From the NCBI GenBank assembly GCA_045805065.1, contig JBJMMA010000115.1, forward strand, positions 1 through 49,986: a stretch of 49,986 nt of DNA. Direction: 5' to 3'. The translations under genes and the position numbers were made by a program. Source of the DNA: Bdellovibrionia bacterium. Lineage in GTDB: Bacteria > Bdellovibrionota > UBA1018. Below, one piece after another: positions 9,977 through 19,046 of the stretch; position 1 is the first letter of the stretch, and the number at the start of each line of letters is the position of its first letter. The notes under the pieces are model-generated. The model saw only the letters and a list, made by a program, of their open reading frames with translations. It searched no databases and was not told where the DNA came from.

Positions 9977-11431
9977 TTAGCCCCTCCCCTTTTCAAAAGA
10001 TGCCGCAACCGAGATCATCTTCTCTTCGCCAAAGGCTGGCGCGATCAGATGCAAGCCAATCGAAAGCCCCTGTGAATCTGTTCCGCAAGGAAGACTCATC
10101 GCAGGAACACCTGCAAGATTCGCTGGAATGGTGAAAATATCGTTGAGATACATCTGAAGCGGATCGTTGATTTTCTCGCCCAGCTTGAAAGCTGTCGTCG
10201 GCGAGACAGGACCCGCGATCAGATCGACCTGCTCAAATGCGCGATCAAAGTCTTGTTTGATAAGCCTTCGGACCTGGCAAGCGCGTTGGTAGTAGGCTTC
10301 AGAGTATCCTGCCGAAAGTGCAAACGTGCCTAAGATGATCCGGCGTTTTACTTCAGCACCAAACGCAGAGCGCGCTTTTTCATAGAAATCAGCAAGGTCC
10401 CGGACATCGAGTTCGGATGGTCTGTTTCCATAGCGAATCCCATCGTAGCGCGAAAGGTTACTCGAGGCTTCGCTTACCGCGACGATGTAATAGACGGAAA
10501 CCGAATACTGCGTATGCGGCAACGAGATCGGAACAAGCTTTGCGCCCTGGGACTCAAACCACTTGAGAGAGGCTTGAATTGATTTCTCGACTTCAGGGCT
10601 CAGGCCACCCACAAAGTATTCTTTTGGAACTCCGATCTTGAGATTTTTCCAATCAGGAGCGGTACGGGATGCATTCGCAAATGCGCCCTGACTCAAAGTC
10701 CTGCTCGATGATGTTGAATCTTTTGGATCATGCCCGCTCATCGCATCGAGCAAAATGGCAGAGTCTTCTACCGTCATGGTCATCGGGCCAGCCTGATCCA
10801 ATGACGATGCAAATGCCACAAGCCCGTAGCGGCTCACGCGACCATAGGTAGGCTTAATGCCTACAATTCCGCAAAAATGAGCAGGAAGTCGGATCGATCC
10901 GCCGGTATCGGTCCCCAGCGCCGCCACACATTGACCTGCGCGAACAGCGGCAGCCGATCCACCGCTTGATCCACCCGGAACGCGGTCAGGATGCGTGGGA
11001 TGTTTCACAGGACCAAAGGCGGAGTTTTCGTTCGAGCCCCCCATGGCAAATTCGTCCATGTTGAGCTTACCCAGGCTTACGGCACCTGCGCTCTCGAGCC
11101 TCTCAACGACAGTTGCCGTATAGGGCGCGACATAGTTTTCAAGCATGCGGGACGCGCAAGTCGTCTTGGTTCCATCGATCGTGAAGATGTCCTTGATGCC
11201 GAGCGGGATTCCAAGAAGCGGCATCCGATCGCGCGGCACACGACCTTCGCGAGCCAGGATCTGATCCGCAAGCTTGGCTTGCCTCATGGCGCGCTCTTCT
11301 GCGTACGAGAGCCAGGCGTTCTGCGTTCCAGCCTTTGCGGCGTTTAAGTAATCGCGCGTAAGCTCAACGGGTGAGAGAAGCTTCTTATCGAACGCATCAT
11401 GAATCTGAGAAATCGATTGAGGTAAACTCAT
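9977..11431 (-). CDS. gatA: Asp/Glu-tRNA amidotransferase subunit A
   Basis: Amidase signature GKLNMDEFAMG, PGGSSGGS and GTDTGGSIR, plus SSNLSRYDG and EVKRRI. Confidence 0.98.
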   Translation of the reverse strand: MSLPQSISQIHDAFDKKLLSPVELTRDYLNAAKAGTQNAWLSYAEERAMRQAKLADQILAREGRVPRDRMPLLGIPLGIKDIFTIDGTKTTCASRMLENYVAPYTATVVERLESAGAVSLGKLNMDEFAMGGSNENSAFGPVKHPTHPDRVPGGSSGGSAAAVRAGQCVAALGTDTGGSIRLPAHFCGIVGIKPTYGRVSRYGLVAFASSLDQAGPMTMTVEDSAILLDAMSGHDPKDSTSSSRTLSQGAFANASRTAPDWKNLKIGVPKEYFVGGLSPEVEKSIQASLKWFESQGAKLVPISLPHTQYSVSVYYIVAVSEASSNLSRYDGIRYGNRPSELDVRDLADFYEKARSAFGAEVKRRIILGTFALSAGYSEAYYQRACQVRRLIKQDFDRAFEQVDLIAGPVSPTTAFKLGEKINDPLQMYLNDIFTIPANLAGVPAMSLPCGTDSQGLSIGLHLIAPAFGEEKMISVAASFEKGRG

Positions 11432-11736
11432 AGGATCGGAGGCACCTTGTAGCCGTCGTTCAAGACATCGGGTGCGGCATCGAGAACTTTCGATTTGCCT
11501 TCGGCGTTTTTCGGAGAAGGAACAGCAACGTCTTCTCGAAGCGGAGTCTCAAGCTCAAGTGGATGAGTCATCGGGGCAACGCCTTCGACATTCACCTCTT
11601 GAAGTTTTTCCACATACTTGAGGATATCTCCGACTTGGCTGGTAAAGGTCTTGAGCTCTGCGTCCGTCAGTTTAAGGCGCGCCAAGCGCGCCATCTGTTG
11701 AGTCATCTCAATTGAATTTAAAGGCGATTTCGACAT
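11428..11736 (-). CDS. gatC: Asp/Glu-tRNA amidotransferase subunit C
   Basis: Motifs ARLARL, LREDV and YKVPPIL. Overlaps the gatA start. Start taken as ATG 11736. Confidence 0.93.
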   Translation of the reverse strand: MSKSPLNSIEMTQQMARLARLKLTDAELKTFTSQVGDILKYVEKLQEVNVEGVAPMTHPLELETPLREDVAVPSPKNAEGKSKVLDAAPDVLNDGYKVPPIL

Positions 11737-11864
11737 GCGCGATCCCTTCTTTAGTCGGCTCAAGCTTAGTCAAAGCGAGGGCAATTTGAAAGTGAAGAAG
11801 CGGCATTAATGCGCAGCGCAATGAGCGGATTCCTTTTAATTTTCACGAACCACGAGCAGCCAGA

Positions 11865-11891
11865 CCAGTCAGGGGCTCTCGCACTGACTGG
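11865..11891 (-). other. Stem-loop just downstream of the HNH stop codon
   Basis: CCAGTCAG (11865-11872) pairs with CTGACTGG (11884-11891). No U-tract. Confidence 0.4.
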
Positions 11892-11897
11892 CAACCT

Positions 11898-12863
11898 CTA
11901 TGGATGAAGGTAAAAGCCCATCTTTTGTGCCCCCAGCTTCACCACGGCTTGCTGCTGATTATGAGCTCGGCACAAAAGTCTCAGATTAGAGTTCTCCGTT
12001 TTGCCCCCCAAAGCCAAGGGCTGGATATGATCAATCTCAAGCGCAAACCGTGAACCGCACTTTTTGCCGTCTGAGCTTTGGTAAGAACATTGAGACTGAT
12101 CTCTTTTCCATACTTCGCGCTTTAATGCGGTCGGGACATACCTTGGATTGACGCTTTTGGTCTGTGGCCGTGTCTGAATATTTTGCGTTGCTCTTTTTGA
12201 CTCCGCCGGCGGAGTAAGTTTTTTAAGTGCGAGATCCGCCATACGATGGAAAAGCTCCAAGTAAGACGGATTGGAGTGAACGTGCCCGTCGAGCTCTTTA
12301 ATCTTTTGTAACTTCTCCATCAAAGCGTCATCCGCAATAAATCGAATCTCTGTTTGTGTTGGACTTACAACTCTTTCTTTTTCCTTTGGCAGCGCAGCGG
12401 AAGGATCTAATCCAATAAGGACTTTTTCACACTCTCTTCGGGATTTCCCTTGAAGAGCAAAGACCAGATCTTTCTTTTCTTGCTTTGAAAAAGGCTCTTC
12501 TTTTCTTGTGATGAACCCTTGAATAGTAGACAGAGTGGAAAGACTCACTGCACCCTCTTTTAGAGCAGGCTCGCTTTCCGGAACTTCTGCTAGAAGCTTC
12601 ATTGCTGCAATTCGTCTTCCCGCAGCTGCTTCACTATATCCCAAGGCTTGAACGGCATATTCAAACAAAGAGCCGTAACCCTTTTCCGCAAAGAGCCTTC
12701 GCACCTGGATCTCATGCAAGTGCCATAAGATTTCAGTTGTTAACTTTCTCTCTTCTGCAACTAATGCTTGAGTGGTTCTCAATAGAGCTTCATTGGAAAG
12801 CGCCTTCAGCAAAAGGCCCTTTTGCGATACATGATTTGTAGAAAGGATTTCAAACTTCTGCAT
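11898..12863 (-). CDS. HNH endonuclease with helical N-terminal domain (DUF222-like type)
   Basis: C-terminal VWKRDQSQC...CGSRFALEIDHIQPLALGG...NLRLLCRAHN. N-terminal motif LWHLHEI...GYGSLFEYAVQALGYSEAAAGRRI. Confidence 0.9.
   Translation of the reverse strand: MQKFEILSTNHVSQKGLLLKALSNEALLRTTQALVAEERKLTTEILWHLHEIQVRRLFAEKGYGSLFEYAVQALGYSEAAAGRRIAAMKLLAEVPESEPALKEGAVSLSTLSTIQGFITRKEEPFSKQEKKDLVFALQGKSRRECEKVLIGLDPSAALPKEKERVVSPTQTEIRFIADDALMEKLQKIKELDGHVHSNPSYLELFHRMADLALKKLTPPAESKRATQNIQTRPQTKSVNPRYVPTALKREVWKRDQSQCSYQSSDGKKCGSRFALEIDHIQPLALGGKTENSNLRLLCRAHNQQQAVVKLGAQKMGFYLHP
12200..12215. repeat. Perfect 16-bp palindrome ACTCCGCCGGCGGAGT, copy 1 (inside HNH CDS, encoding TPPAE)
   Basis: Read directly. 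Identical to the copy at 13085-13100. Confidence 0.95.
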
Positions 12864-12893
12864 GCAGATCTCATATCATCTAAATCTGCATGC
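12860..12893. promoter_or_regulatory. Inverted repeat covering the HNH start codon
   Basis: GCATGCAGAT (12860-12869) and ATCTGCATGC (12884-12893) with a 14-nt spacer. Confidence 0.6.
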
Positions 12894-13084
12894 TCTAAAA
12901 CGCGTTAAAAAGCCCTATACTAAGCTGATTTTAGAAATTTCTTTTTGAGCTCTCATTTCGCCCGACTTGCTCACTGAAAGAAAACCCTGCTCGCTACGAC
13001 TCAGATAAGTGCAGCTTTTAAAACTTGTCTCAGTTTTACAAAAATAGCTGTCAAGAAAATGAATAAGAAAAGTGCAAAACATTC

Positions 13085-13100
13085 ACTCCGCCGGCGGAGT
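13085..13100. repeat. Perfect 16-bp palindrome ACTCCGCCGGCGGAGT, copy 2 (intergenic, upstream of HNH)
   Basis: Read directly. A GC-rich island within an AT-rich spacer. Confidence 0.95.
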
Positions 13101-13261
13101 AAAAAGAGAGAGCGAGAGATTCCATCGAGATAACTCAATGCAGCATCCCGACTTTGCCATATTCGCTCAGTTTCTAGCTTCCATTACTCAATTCTAGAGA
13201 TAATATTTTAAACATTACCTATTCATTGACACCTATCGACGCATGCCCTACGGAGGGGAAA

Positions 13262-13951
13262 ATGATTCGGACTCTTGTGACCGTTTGCTTGGCGACTTCT
13301 ACTTTGATCAGCTTCAATACATGGGGTGCCGAAGAACAACCTGAGGCAAAGCCGGAAGGAAAAAGCTGGAGAGGCGTCTTTATTGGTGGAGCAAATTTTT
13401 CGGGCGGCACTGACTACACTCTCAAAAACACGGTCACCGGCGCAAGTGCCTCAATCACTGGTGACAGCGCCAAAGCTCAAGCGCTTTTTGGTGCAGAGAT
13501 CACCTATCAAAAGCCTGAATTTCCATTGGGCGGAAGCCTGATTTTTGAGGGCACAAAGTACAAGTACAACGATGGAACTGCAACTGCCGATGGCCAGAAG
13601 TCTTTGCTTCTCATGCCACGCATCGCAGCAAAGGCAGGTCCTGCTGAGATTTGGGCTGGAGTGGGAGTAGGCTTGATGTTCTTGAACATTGACGGCCCGA
13701 CCAGTGCGACACAAAATAACGTCTCGCTTACGCTCCTCGATACCTCATCCACAGGTTTTGCCTGGTCCCCTCGCATCGGTGTGGACTTTGACGTGAACGA
13801 CCAACTTTTCATTGGCGGACAATTTAGCTACACCCAATCCTCTGGAAGCCTTGATATGAGAGCCACAAGCAACGGCACAACAGTACCGCTCTCAGACGAT
13901 TACACTCGCCATTGGATCAGCCTGGCTTTGCGTGTTGGAGCAAAGTTCTAA
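13262..13951 (+). CDS. Outer-membrane beta-barrel protein (OmpA/OmpW-like, about 8 strands)
   Basis: GGAGGGG RBS, signal peptide ending TWGA, amphipathic strands (WSPRIGVDFDV) and C-terminal Phe (LRVGAKF). Confidence 0.85.
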   Translation: MIRTLVTVCLATSTLISFNTWGAEEQPEAKPEGKSWRGVFIGGANFSGGTDYTLKNTVTGASASITGDSAKAQALFGAEITYQKPEFPLGGSLIFEGTKYKYNDGTATADGQKSLLLMPRIAAKAGPAEIWAGVGVGLMFLNIDGPTSATQNNVSLTLLDTSSTGFAWSPRIGVDFDVNDQLFIGGQFSYTQSSGSLDMRATSNGTTVPLSDDYTRHWISLALRVGAKF

Positions 13952-13969
13952 AATTTAATCCGTAAAGTA

Positions 13970-13997
13970 TAAATAAAAACTCCTCAAAAGCCGATAC
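13970..13997 (+). promoter_or_regulatory. Candidate sigma28 (FliA) promoter TAAA-N16-GCCGATAC
   Basis: Resembles the TAAA-N15-GCCGATAA consensus with the spacer one nt long. About 40 nt before ATG 14037. Confidence 0.45.
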
Positions 13998-14036
13998 CGG
14001 TATGATGAGGGGGCCTACTTCCGGGCCATTTTAACC

Positions 14037-16490
14037 ATGACCCAGGCGAGAGCACGGATTTTAACTCGATTTAAATCGGTAACGCTCAGAATCGCATTAC
14101 TTCTCCCCATCTCGCTCGCCCTGGGCCTTACACAAGCTCCAACCGCATGGGCAAAGCCTCCGATCAGCCAATACATTGACTACAATACGTTCGAATTCCT
14201 CGTCAGAAAATGCACCTGGGCTTTGCGTGATGTGAATCAAGTCATCGGCAATGATCCTAACCTCTTCTTTGGAGGTGGCGGATTGCGCGGCGTGATTGGC
14301 TACATTTACAACTCCGTTGAAAAAAGAATTCCAGCCTCGTCGCTCTGCAACAAATTCATCGGCAACGTTGAGAATTTCACGCAGCACGGTGCGGACAAAG
14401 ATCTTTATGTCCGCCCGGGCTATCAACACGTCGGCAATAAGGGTGGTTGGGACATTCTGAGCGCTGAATTTGCGGCAGCAAGCCGCGAAGCAGGGGGAAC
14501 GGCGATCGAAAAAGTGCAAGTCAGGCCCGACGAAATCGTTGATCCCTTTGGAGCGCTTCACTCTTATTATAACGGCGAGCTGAAATACATTGATGTCCCG
14601 GAATCTCAATTCGCAAAGTTTCGCCAAAGCAGTGGAAACGCGGGCCTAAGCTCCAACAGAAAGACCGCGCTGCTTCTGCGCTGGCTGCGCTTTGCAGCGG
14701 ATCTTCCCGGGGTCACGCTTACGCAAGATCAGATCAAAATGGCGAACAAAATCCTGACGGATGAAATTTTGAATGGCCAGATTGAGCCTGGAAATTACTG
14801 GGTGGCCAAGGCTTTGAAGAAGAACTTCACGTCACACGGAGTGCATCACTTTGACAACTGGAAGGACCTTTTCACCACGATTCCGCTCGGATGCTATCTG
14901 GGGGACCTTGGGTACTTTGTCGTCAACGGACATCACAACGTGCCGCTCGCGAAGCTTTTCCCGGCCGAAGACTGCGCAGAAGCGAGAGTCAAACTCTACA
15001 CCGAAGCCCTTCGGAAAGACATTCCAGACTACCAGATCGCAGACCATCGCATCTCCGTCCCCGACTCTGCAGCCCGCGTCGTTTCCGATGAGACGGCTCG
15101 CGCCTACTTGAAAGAAGTCGCAAAAGCAGCTCCGCAACTGACTGATCACCCCAACCCAGGAATGCTGCCTGCTGCGACTTATACGAGCCACCCTCTCACT
15201 ACCGCGCTCATCCGCAAACTCTCCGCTCACCAGACTCCGGAAAATCTGGCGGTCATCAAAGAATTAAGGCCTATTTATCAGCGAATGCTTGAAAATCCGA
15301 TGCCTGGCACGGCCGAAGCCCTGGGCTTTGACGTCCTGCGCGCGCTGGACCTCGTCGATGAAAAGACTCTTGAAAAATGGACCTCCGGACCATTGTTTAT
15401 CTACTCGGATCGGGCTGACGAAAAACTCGAGCTGCTGCACAAAAAGAATCCCGAAGCAGCACGGGCGGTCATTCGAAAAATTCTTGAGGGAAAAATCTCC
15501 TCAGACGCTGCCTGGATTCCATTTTCAAGAATCCTGTCCAAGCCAGAATCCCCGCTTGCCAAGGATCTTGGCTCTGAGCTGAACCGAAATTTCGACATAT
15601 TCTTTGATCACATTGCCCCCGAGCACAACATCGGACAAGGCGCGCTGAACGTGCTTGTTTCGGCAAAAAAAATGATCAGCGAGGAGAATCAGAAAAAATT
15701 CGCGGTTCATGTCGCAAAATCTTTCGCTGCGACTAACTCGAGCACAAATACCGAGATCATGAACCTGATGCTCAACCTGGTCCTGAACGATCAGCCCCAA
15801 ATGCTGGATTTTCTGGCGCCTGAAGACTTGAAGCGACTGGTCGATAAGCACTTTAAAACCGATGCTGCCATCAATGACCTGAAGCGCTTCGCGAATGCTG
15901 ACCGAAGACCGCCAACTATTACTTCCCTTTATACGATGGATCCGGACTTCGTAAATTACCTGCAGTACGGAAATACAAAGCATCCGAAGCTCATTCCGTA
16001 TTTTGCCCAGGCTAAAGAAGAGCTCTATCAGGCAGTCACCCAGTTCATGCACTCCCCCAATGTCTCTTCGGAGGAGGCCTGGCACCTTGTGAGAAGCTGC
16101 AAAGTACTCAGACTGTTCCAAGGCGCCGAGCATGACTTACTCAAGGAGTACGCCTCACGGTTTGGCACACTTGACCATTTTATCAGTAACAGAGATTTCT
16201 TTGACTGGGACGCGCGTGAACAATTCCCGAGCGCCAGAGAATATTTCCGCCAAAACCTTAACGCTCATCCTGAGTTCTTCGAAGGGCCGACCACTGAAGC
16301 GAAACTTCCATTTGAAGACCTGAAGCGATTACTAGGTTTCTGGAGCCTCAGTGACGAATTTGAAGTCATCACCAAGGGCTATGGAAACAAGAAGACGATT
16401 CAAGTCCTGCCCAAGGAAGACTCCTGGAAGCGCACTCTATACAAAACGATCTGCAAGCCTGCTGAAAAGCAGCTCACTCACTCCAAATAA
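14037..16490 (+). CDS. Exported 817-aa protein with divergent class II nucleotidyltransferase (CCA/poly(A) polymerase)-like N-terminal domain
   Basis: Signal peptide ending TAWA. Motifs FFGGGGLRG, ADKDLYV, IVDPFG and LLRWLRFAA. Helical C-terminal region. Confidence 0.65.
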   Translation: MTQARARILTRFKSVTLRIALLLPISLALGLTQAPTAWAKPPISQYIDYNTFEFLVRKCTWALRDVNQVIGNDPNLFFGGGGLRGVIGYIYNSVEKRIPASSLCNKFIGNVENFTQHGADKDLYVRPGYQHVGNKGGWDILSAEFAAASREAGGTAIEKVQVRPDEIVDPFGALHSYYNGELKYIDVPESQFAKFRQSSGNAGLSSNRKTALLLRWLRFAADLPGVTLTQDQIKMANKILTDEILNGQIEPGNYWVAKALKKNFTSHGVHHFDNWKDLFTTIPLGCYLGDLGYFVVNGHHNVPLAKLFPAEDCAEARVKLYTEALRKDIPDYQIADHRISVPDSAARVVSDETARAYLKEVAKAAPQLTDHPNPGMLPAATYTSHPLTTALIRKLSAHQTPENLAVIKELRPIYQRMLENPMPGTAEALGFDVLRALDLVDEKTLEKWTSGPLFIYSDRADEKLELLHKKNPEAARAVIRKILEGKISSDAAWIPFSRILSKPESPLAKDLGSELNRNFDIFFDHIAPEHNIGQGALNVLVSAKKMISEENQKKFAVHVAKSFAATNSSTNTEIMNLMLNLVLNDQPQMLDFLAPEDLKRLVDKHFKTDAAINDLKRFANADRRPPTITSLYTMDPDFVNYLQYGNTKHPKLIPYFAQAKEELYQAVTQFMHSPNVSSEEAWHLVRSCKVLRLFQGAEHDLLKEYASRFGTLDHFISNRDFFDWDAREQFPSAREYFRQNLNAHPEFFEGPTTEAKLPFEDLKRLLGFWSLSDEFEVITKGYGNKKTIQVLPKEDSWKRTLYKTICKPAEKQLTHSK

Positions 16491-19006
16491 GAAGCAACAA
16501 AACGATACAAGAACTTGCGCTGCTGGCGGTTCTGGAACTCGATCGTGACTTTCTGATCCGTGCCTGAACCATCGACCGCGATGATCGTTCCACGACCATA
16601 TTCAGCGTGATTGATCTGGCGACCTACAAGCTCGTTCTGCATCGATGCGCGTGAGGAGCCTGCACCTGGGAATGGGTAAATCCGAGTTGTTCCCTCGTTC
16701 CCGCTCCCCCAGGTTTTTGGGCTCTGGCGCGTGCCGGAGTGGACATCAAACGTCGGGACATCGTCATCGTAAGTCGCTTGGGAGAAATCATCCTCGCGAT
16801 CGCGCGAACGATTACCGAAACCTCCACCGCTTGCGTAGCCCCCTGCCGACTTCGTTGGCGTGACGGGAAGGCGGCGGTTCGTGCCGCGTCCCGAGTAATC
16901 GCGAAACTCAATCAGGTTATCCGGCATCTCTTCAAAGAAGCGCGACGGATCGGCAAAGTTCGTATTACCCCAGAGACGACGCATCACTGCGTGCATGAGA
17001 TAAAGCTTTTCACGAGCCCGAGTCATGCCGACGTAACAAAGACGACGCTCTTCTTCGATGTCTTCGACAGGCGTTTCTTCCCAAAGCTTCACGGATGGAA
17101 ACAGTCCCTCTTCCATTCCAGCCAAAAAGACGACCGGAAACTCAAGACCCTTGGATGAGTGAAGCGTCATGAGCTTCACGGTGCTTGCCTTATCGTCCTT
17201 TTGATCCGCATCCGATGCGAGGGAGGACTGCTCGATGAAAAGCGGCAAGAGATTGGCTTTCGTAGGACGACGCGCCTCATCTTCAATATCGAGAAAGTTG
17301 TCTTCGTCGAACTCCTGAAGAAGCGTATCAAATTCTTCCAAGTTCTCGATGCGAGCCAGGGACTCTTCCGTGCCCTCTTGGCGGAGCTCACGGACATATC
17401 CAGTCTCATCAAGAATCAGATGATAAAGCTCAGCCAGCATGAGCTTGGGCTGCTCTTCAATGAGGCGCTCCATGAGCTTGACGAATTGAGCAAGCTTCTT
17501 AGCGGTGCCCGCGGATGTGATGGATGGATCGGTTGCCGCATGAACGAGTGCGGTCCACCAGGTGATCTCCTCACCTGTCGTCTTCATCCGGTCCTGAATG
17601 TAATCATCGATCTTTTCGATTGTTGTTTTACCAATCGCGCGCGCTGGCACATTGATAATGCGCTTGAGGCTCACGGAATCCTCAGGATTCATGATCGCCT
17701 TGAAGTAAGAAAGGATGTCTTTGATTTCCTTGCGGTCATAGAAGCGAAGTCCGCCCACGATCTGGTACGGGATCTTCTCGCGTCGGAGAACATCTTCAAA
17801 CTGACGGCTTTGAGCGTTCGTGCGATAGAAAATCGCAAAATCACCGTAAGCGGTACCGTCCTGGGTCGCGATGCGCTTGATCTCGGAAACGGTCATCTCA
17901 GCTTCGGCGCGCTCATCGGCAAGCTGCGCGCGAATGATCTTCTGACCTTCGATATTATCGGTCCAAAGAGTCTTGTCCTTGCGCGAGGTATTGTTTCTGA
18001 TCACATCACCTGCGGCTTTGATGATCGTCTTGGTGGATCGGTAATTCTGCTCAAGCTTGACGACATGGGCGCCAGGGTAATCCGCCTCAAAGTCCAGAAT
18101 GTTTCGAATGTCCGCGCCACGCCATTTGTAAATGGATTGATCTTCATCACCCACGACGCAGATATTTTGATGTCCGCCATGTGTTGCGCCTGCAAGCATC
18201 GAAAGAAGAAGATACTGCGAGCGATTCGTGTCCTGGTACTCGTCCACGTGAATGTACTTAAAGCGATGCTGATACTTTCTGCGGACCATCTCGTTGTCGC
18301 GGAGCAAACGATAAGTCATGCAGATGATCTCGCCAAAATCGAGCGCATTGTTGGCGATCATGTCGCGTTGATACTGCTCGTAGATGCGCTTCATCTGGCG
18401 CTCATAAAAGTCATGCGCCGATGGCTCAATCTGCTGGGGCTCCACGGCGTCGCACTTCAGACGATTGATCGAGCCTTGGATGGACTTTGGATTGATCGAC
18501 TTTTCGTCGATGCCAAGCTTGCCCATCGAGCCTTTGACCAGGCTCAATTGGTCAGCGTCATCATAAATGACAAAAGGCTTGGTGAATTTCAGATGCTTCA
18601 TCTCGCGCCGAAGAAGGCGCACGCACACTGAGTGAAAGGTTCCGATCTCGGGATCTCCTAGAGATCTAGCTCCCGCTTGCTGAAGCATTCGCTCCACGCG
18701 CTCACGCATCTCGGCTGCTGCTTTATTGGTGAAGGTCACGGCAAGAACCTGCCAAGGAGCGACGCCCTTTCCTTCAATCAGATAAGAGATTCGCGAGGTC
18801 AGCATTTTGGTTTTACCGGATCCCGCGCCTGCCAAAACAATCAGCGGTCCTTCCGTATGAAGAGCAGCCTCAAGCTGGCGCTCGTTCAAAGACTTCTTCA
18901 AGAACTCCTCAAACTGTGGATTTGGAGTGGCTGAGAAGTTGGAATTCCAATCATCTCCGTACCCGCCGGCCGAAGAGGAAGATGGCGCTGAGTCAAAATC
19001 GATCAT
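16478..19006 (-). CDS. uvrD: UvrD/PcrA superfamily 1 DNA helicase
   Basis: Motifs AGAGSGKT, VTFTNKAA, VDEYQDTN, VGDEDQSIY, EQNYRS, TLHSSKGLEF and EERRLCYVGMTRA. C-terminal Tudor-like HAEYGRG. Confidence 0.97.
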   Translation of the reverse strand: MIDFDSAPSSSSAGGYGDDWNSNFSATPNPQFEEFLKKSLNERQLEAALHTEGPLIVLAGAGSGKTKMLTSRISYLIEGKGVAPWQVLAVTFTNKAAAEMRERVERMLQQAGARSLGDPEIGTFHSVCVRLLRREMKHLKFTKPFVIYDDADQLSLVKGSMGKLGIDEKSINPKSIQGSINRLKCDAVEPQQIEPSAHDFYERQMKRIYEQYQRDMIANNALDFGEIICMTYRLLRDNEMVRRKYQHRFKYIHVDEYQDTNRSQYLLLSMLAGATHGGHQNICVVGDEDQSIYKWRGADIRNILDFEADYPGAHVVKLEQNYRSTKTIIKAAGDVIRNNTSRKDKTLWTDNIEGQKIIRAQLADERAEAEMTVSEIKRIATQDGTAYGDFAIFYRTNAQSRQFEDVLRREKIPYQIVGGLRFYDRKEIKDILSYFKAIMNPEDSVSLKRIINVPARAIGKTTIEKIDDYIQDRMKTTGEEITWWTALVHAATDPSITSAGTAKKLAQFVKLMERLIEEQPKLMLAELYHLILDETGYVRELRQEGTEESLARIENLEEFDTLLQEFDEDNFLDIEDEARRPTKANLLPLFIEQSSLASDADQKDDKASTVKLMTLHSSKGLEFPVVFLAGMEEGLFPSVKLWEETPVEDIEEERRLCYVGMTRAREKLYLMHAVMRRLWGNTNFADPSRFFEEMPDNLIEFRDYSGRGTNRRLPVTPTKSAGGYASGGGFGNRSRDREDDFSQATYDDDVPTFDVHSGTRQSPKTWGSGNEGTTRIYPFPGAGSSRASMQNELVGRQINHAEYGRGTIIAVDGSGTDQKVTIEFQNRQQRKFLYRFVASYLE

Positions 19007-19046
19007 ACGCAGCTATCTGTAGCAACTGTAGCGCTAGACGGCAAGG

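Noticed and set aside
12200..13100. CRISPR-like or guide-array interpretation of the palindrome repeats
   Set aside because: Only two copies about 885 bp apart, one of them coding, with no regular spacers and no cas genes.
17159..18631. 490-aa + strand ORF (likewise 20837..21916, 5949..6887, 7257..8117, 2639..3412, 27376..28164 and 28417..29232)
   Set aside because: These are antisense shadows of well-supported genes (uvrD, glmS, asmA, thiolase, lon) and have no recognisable motifs.
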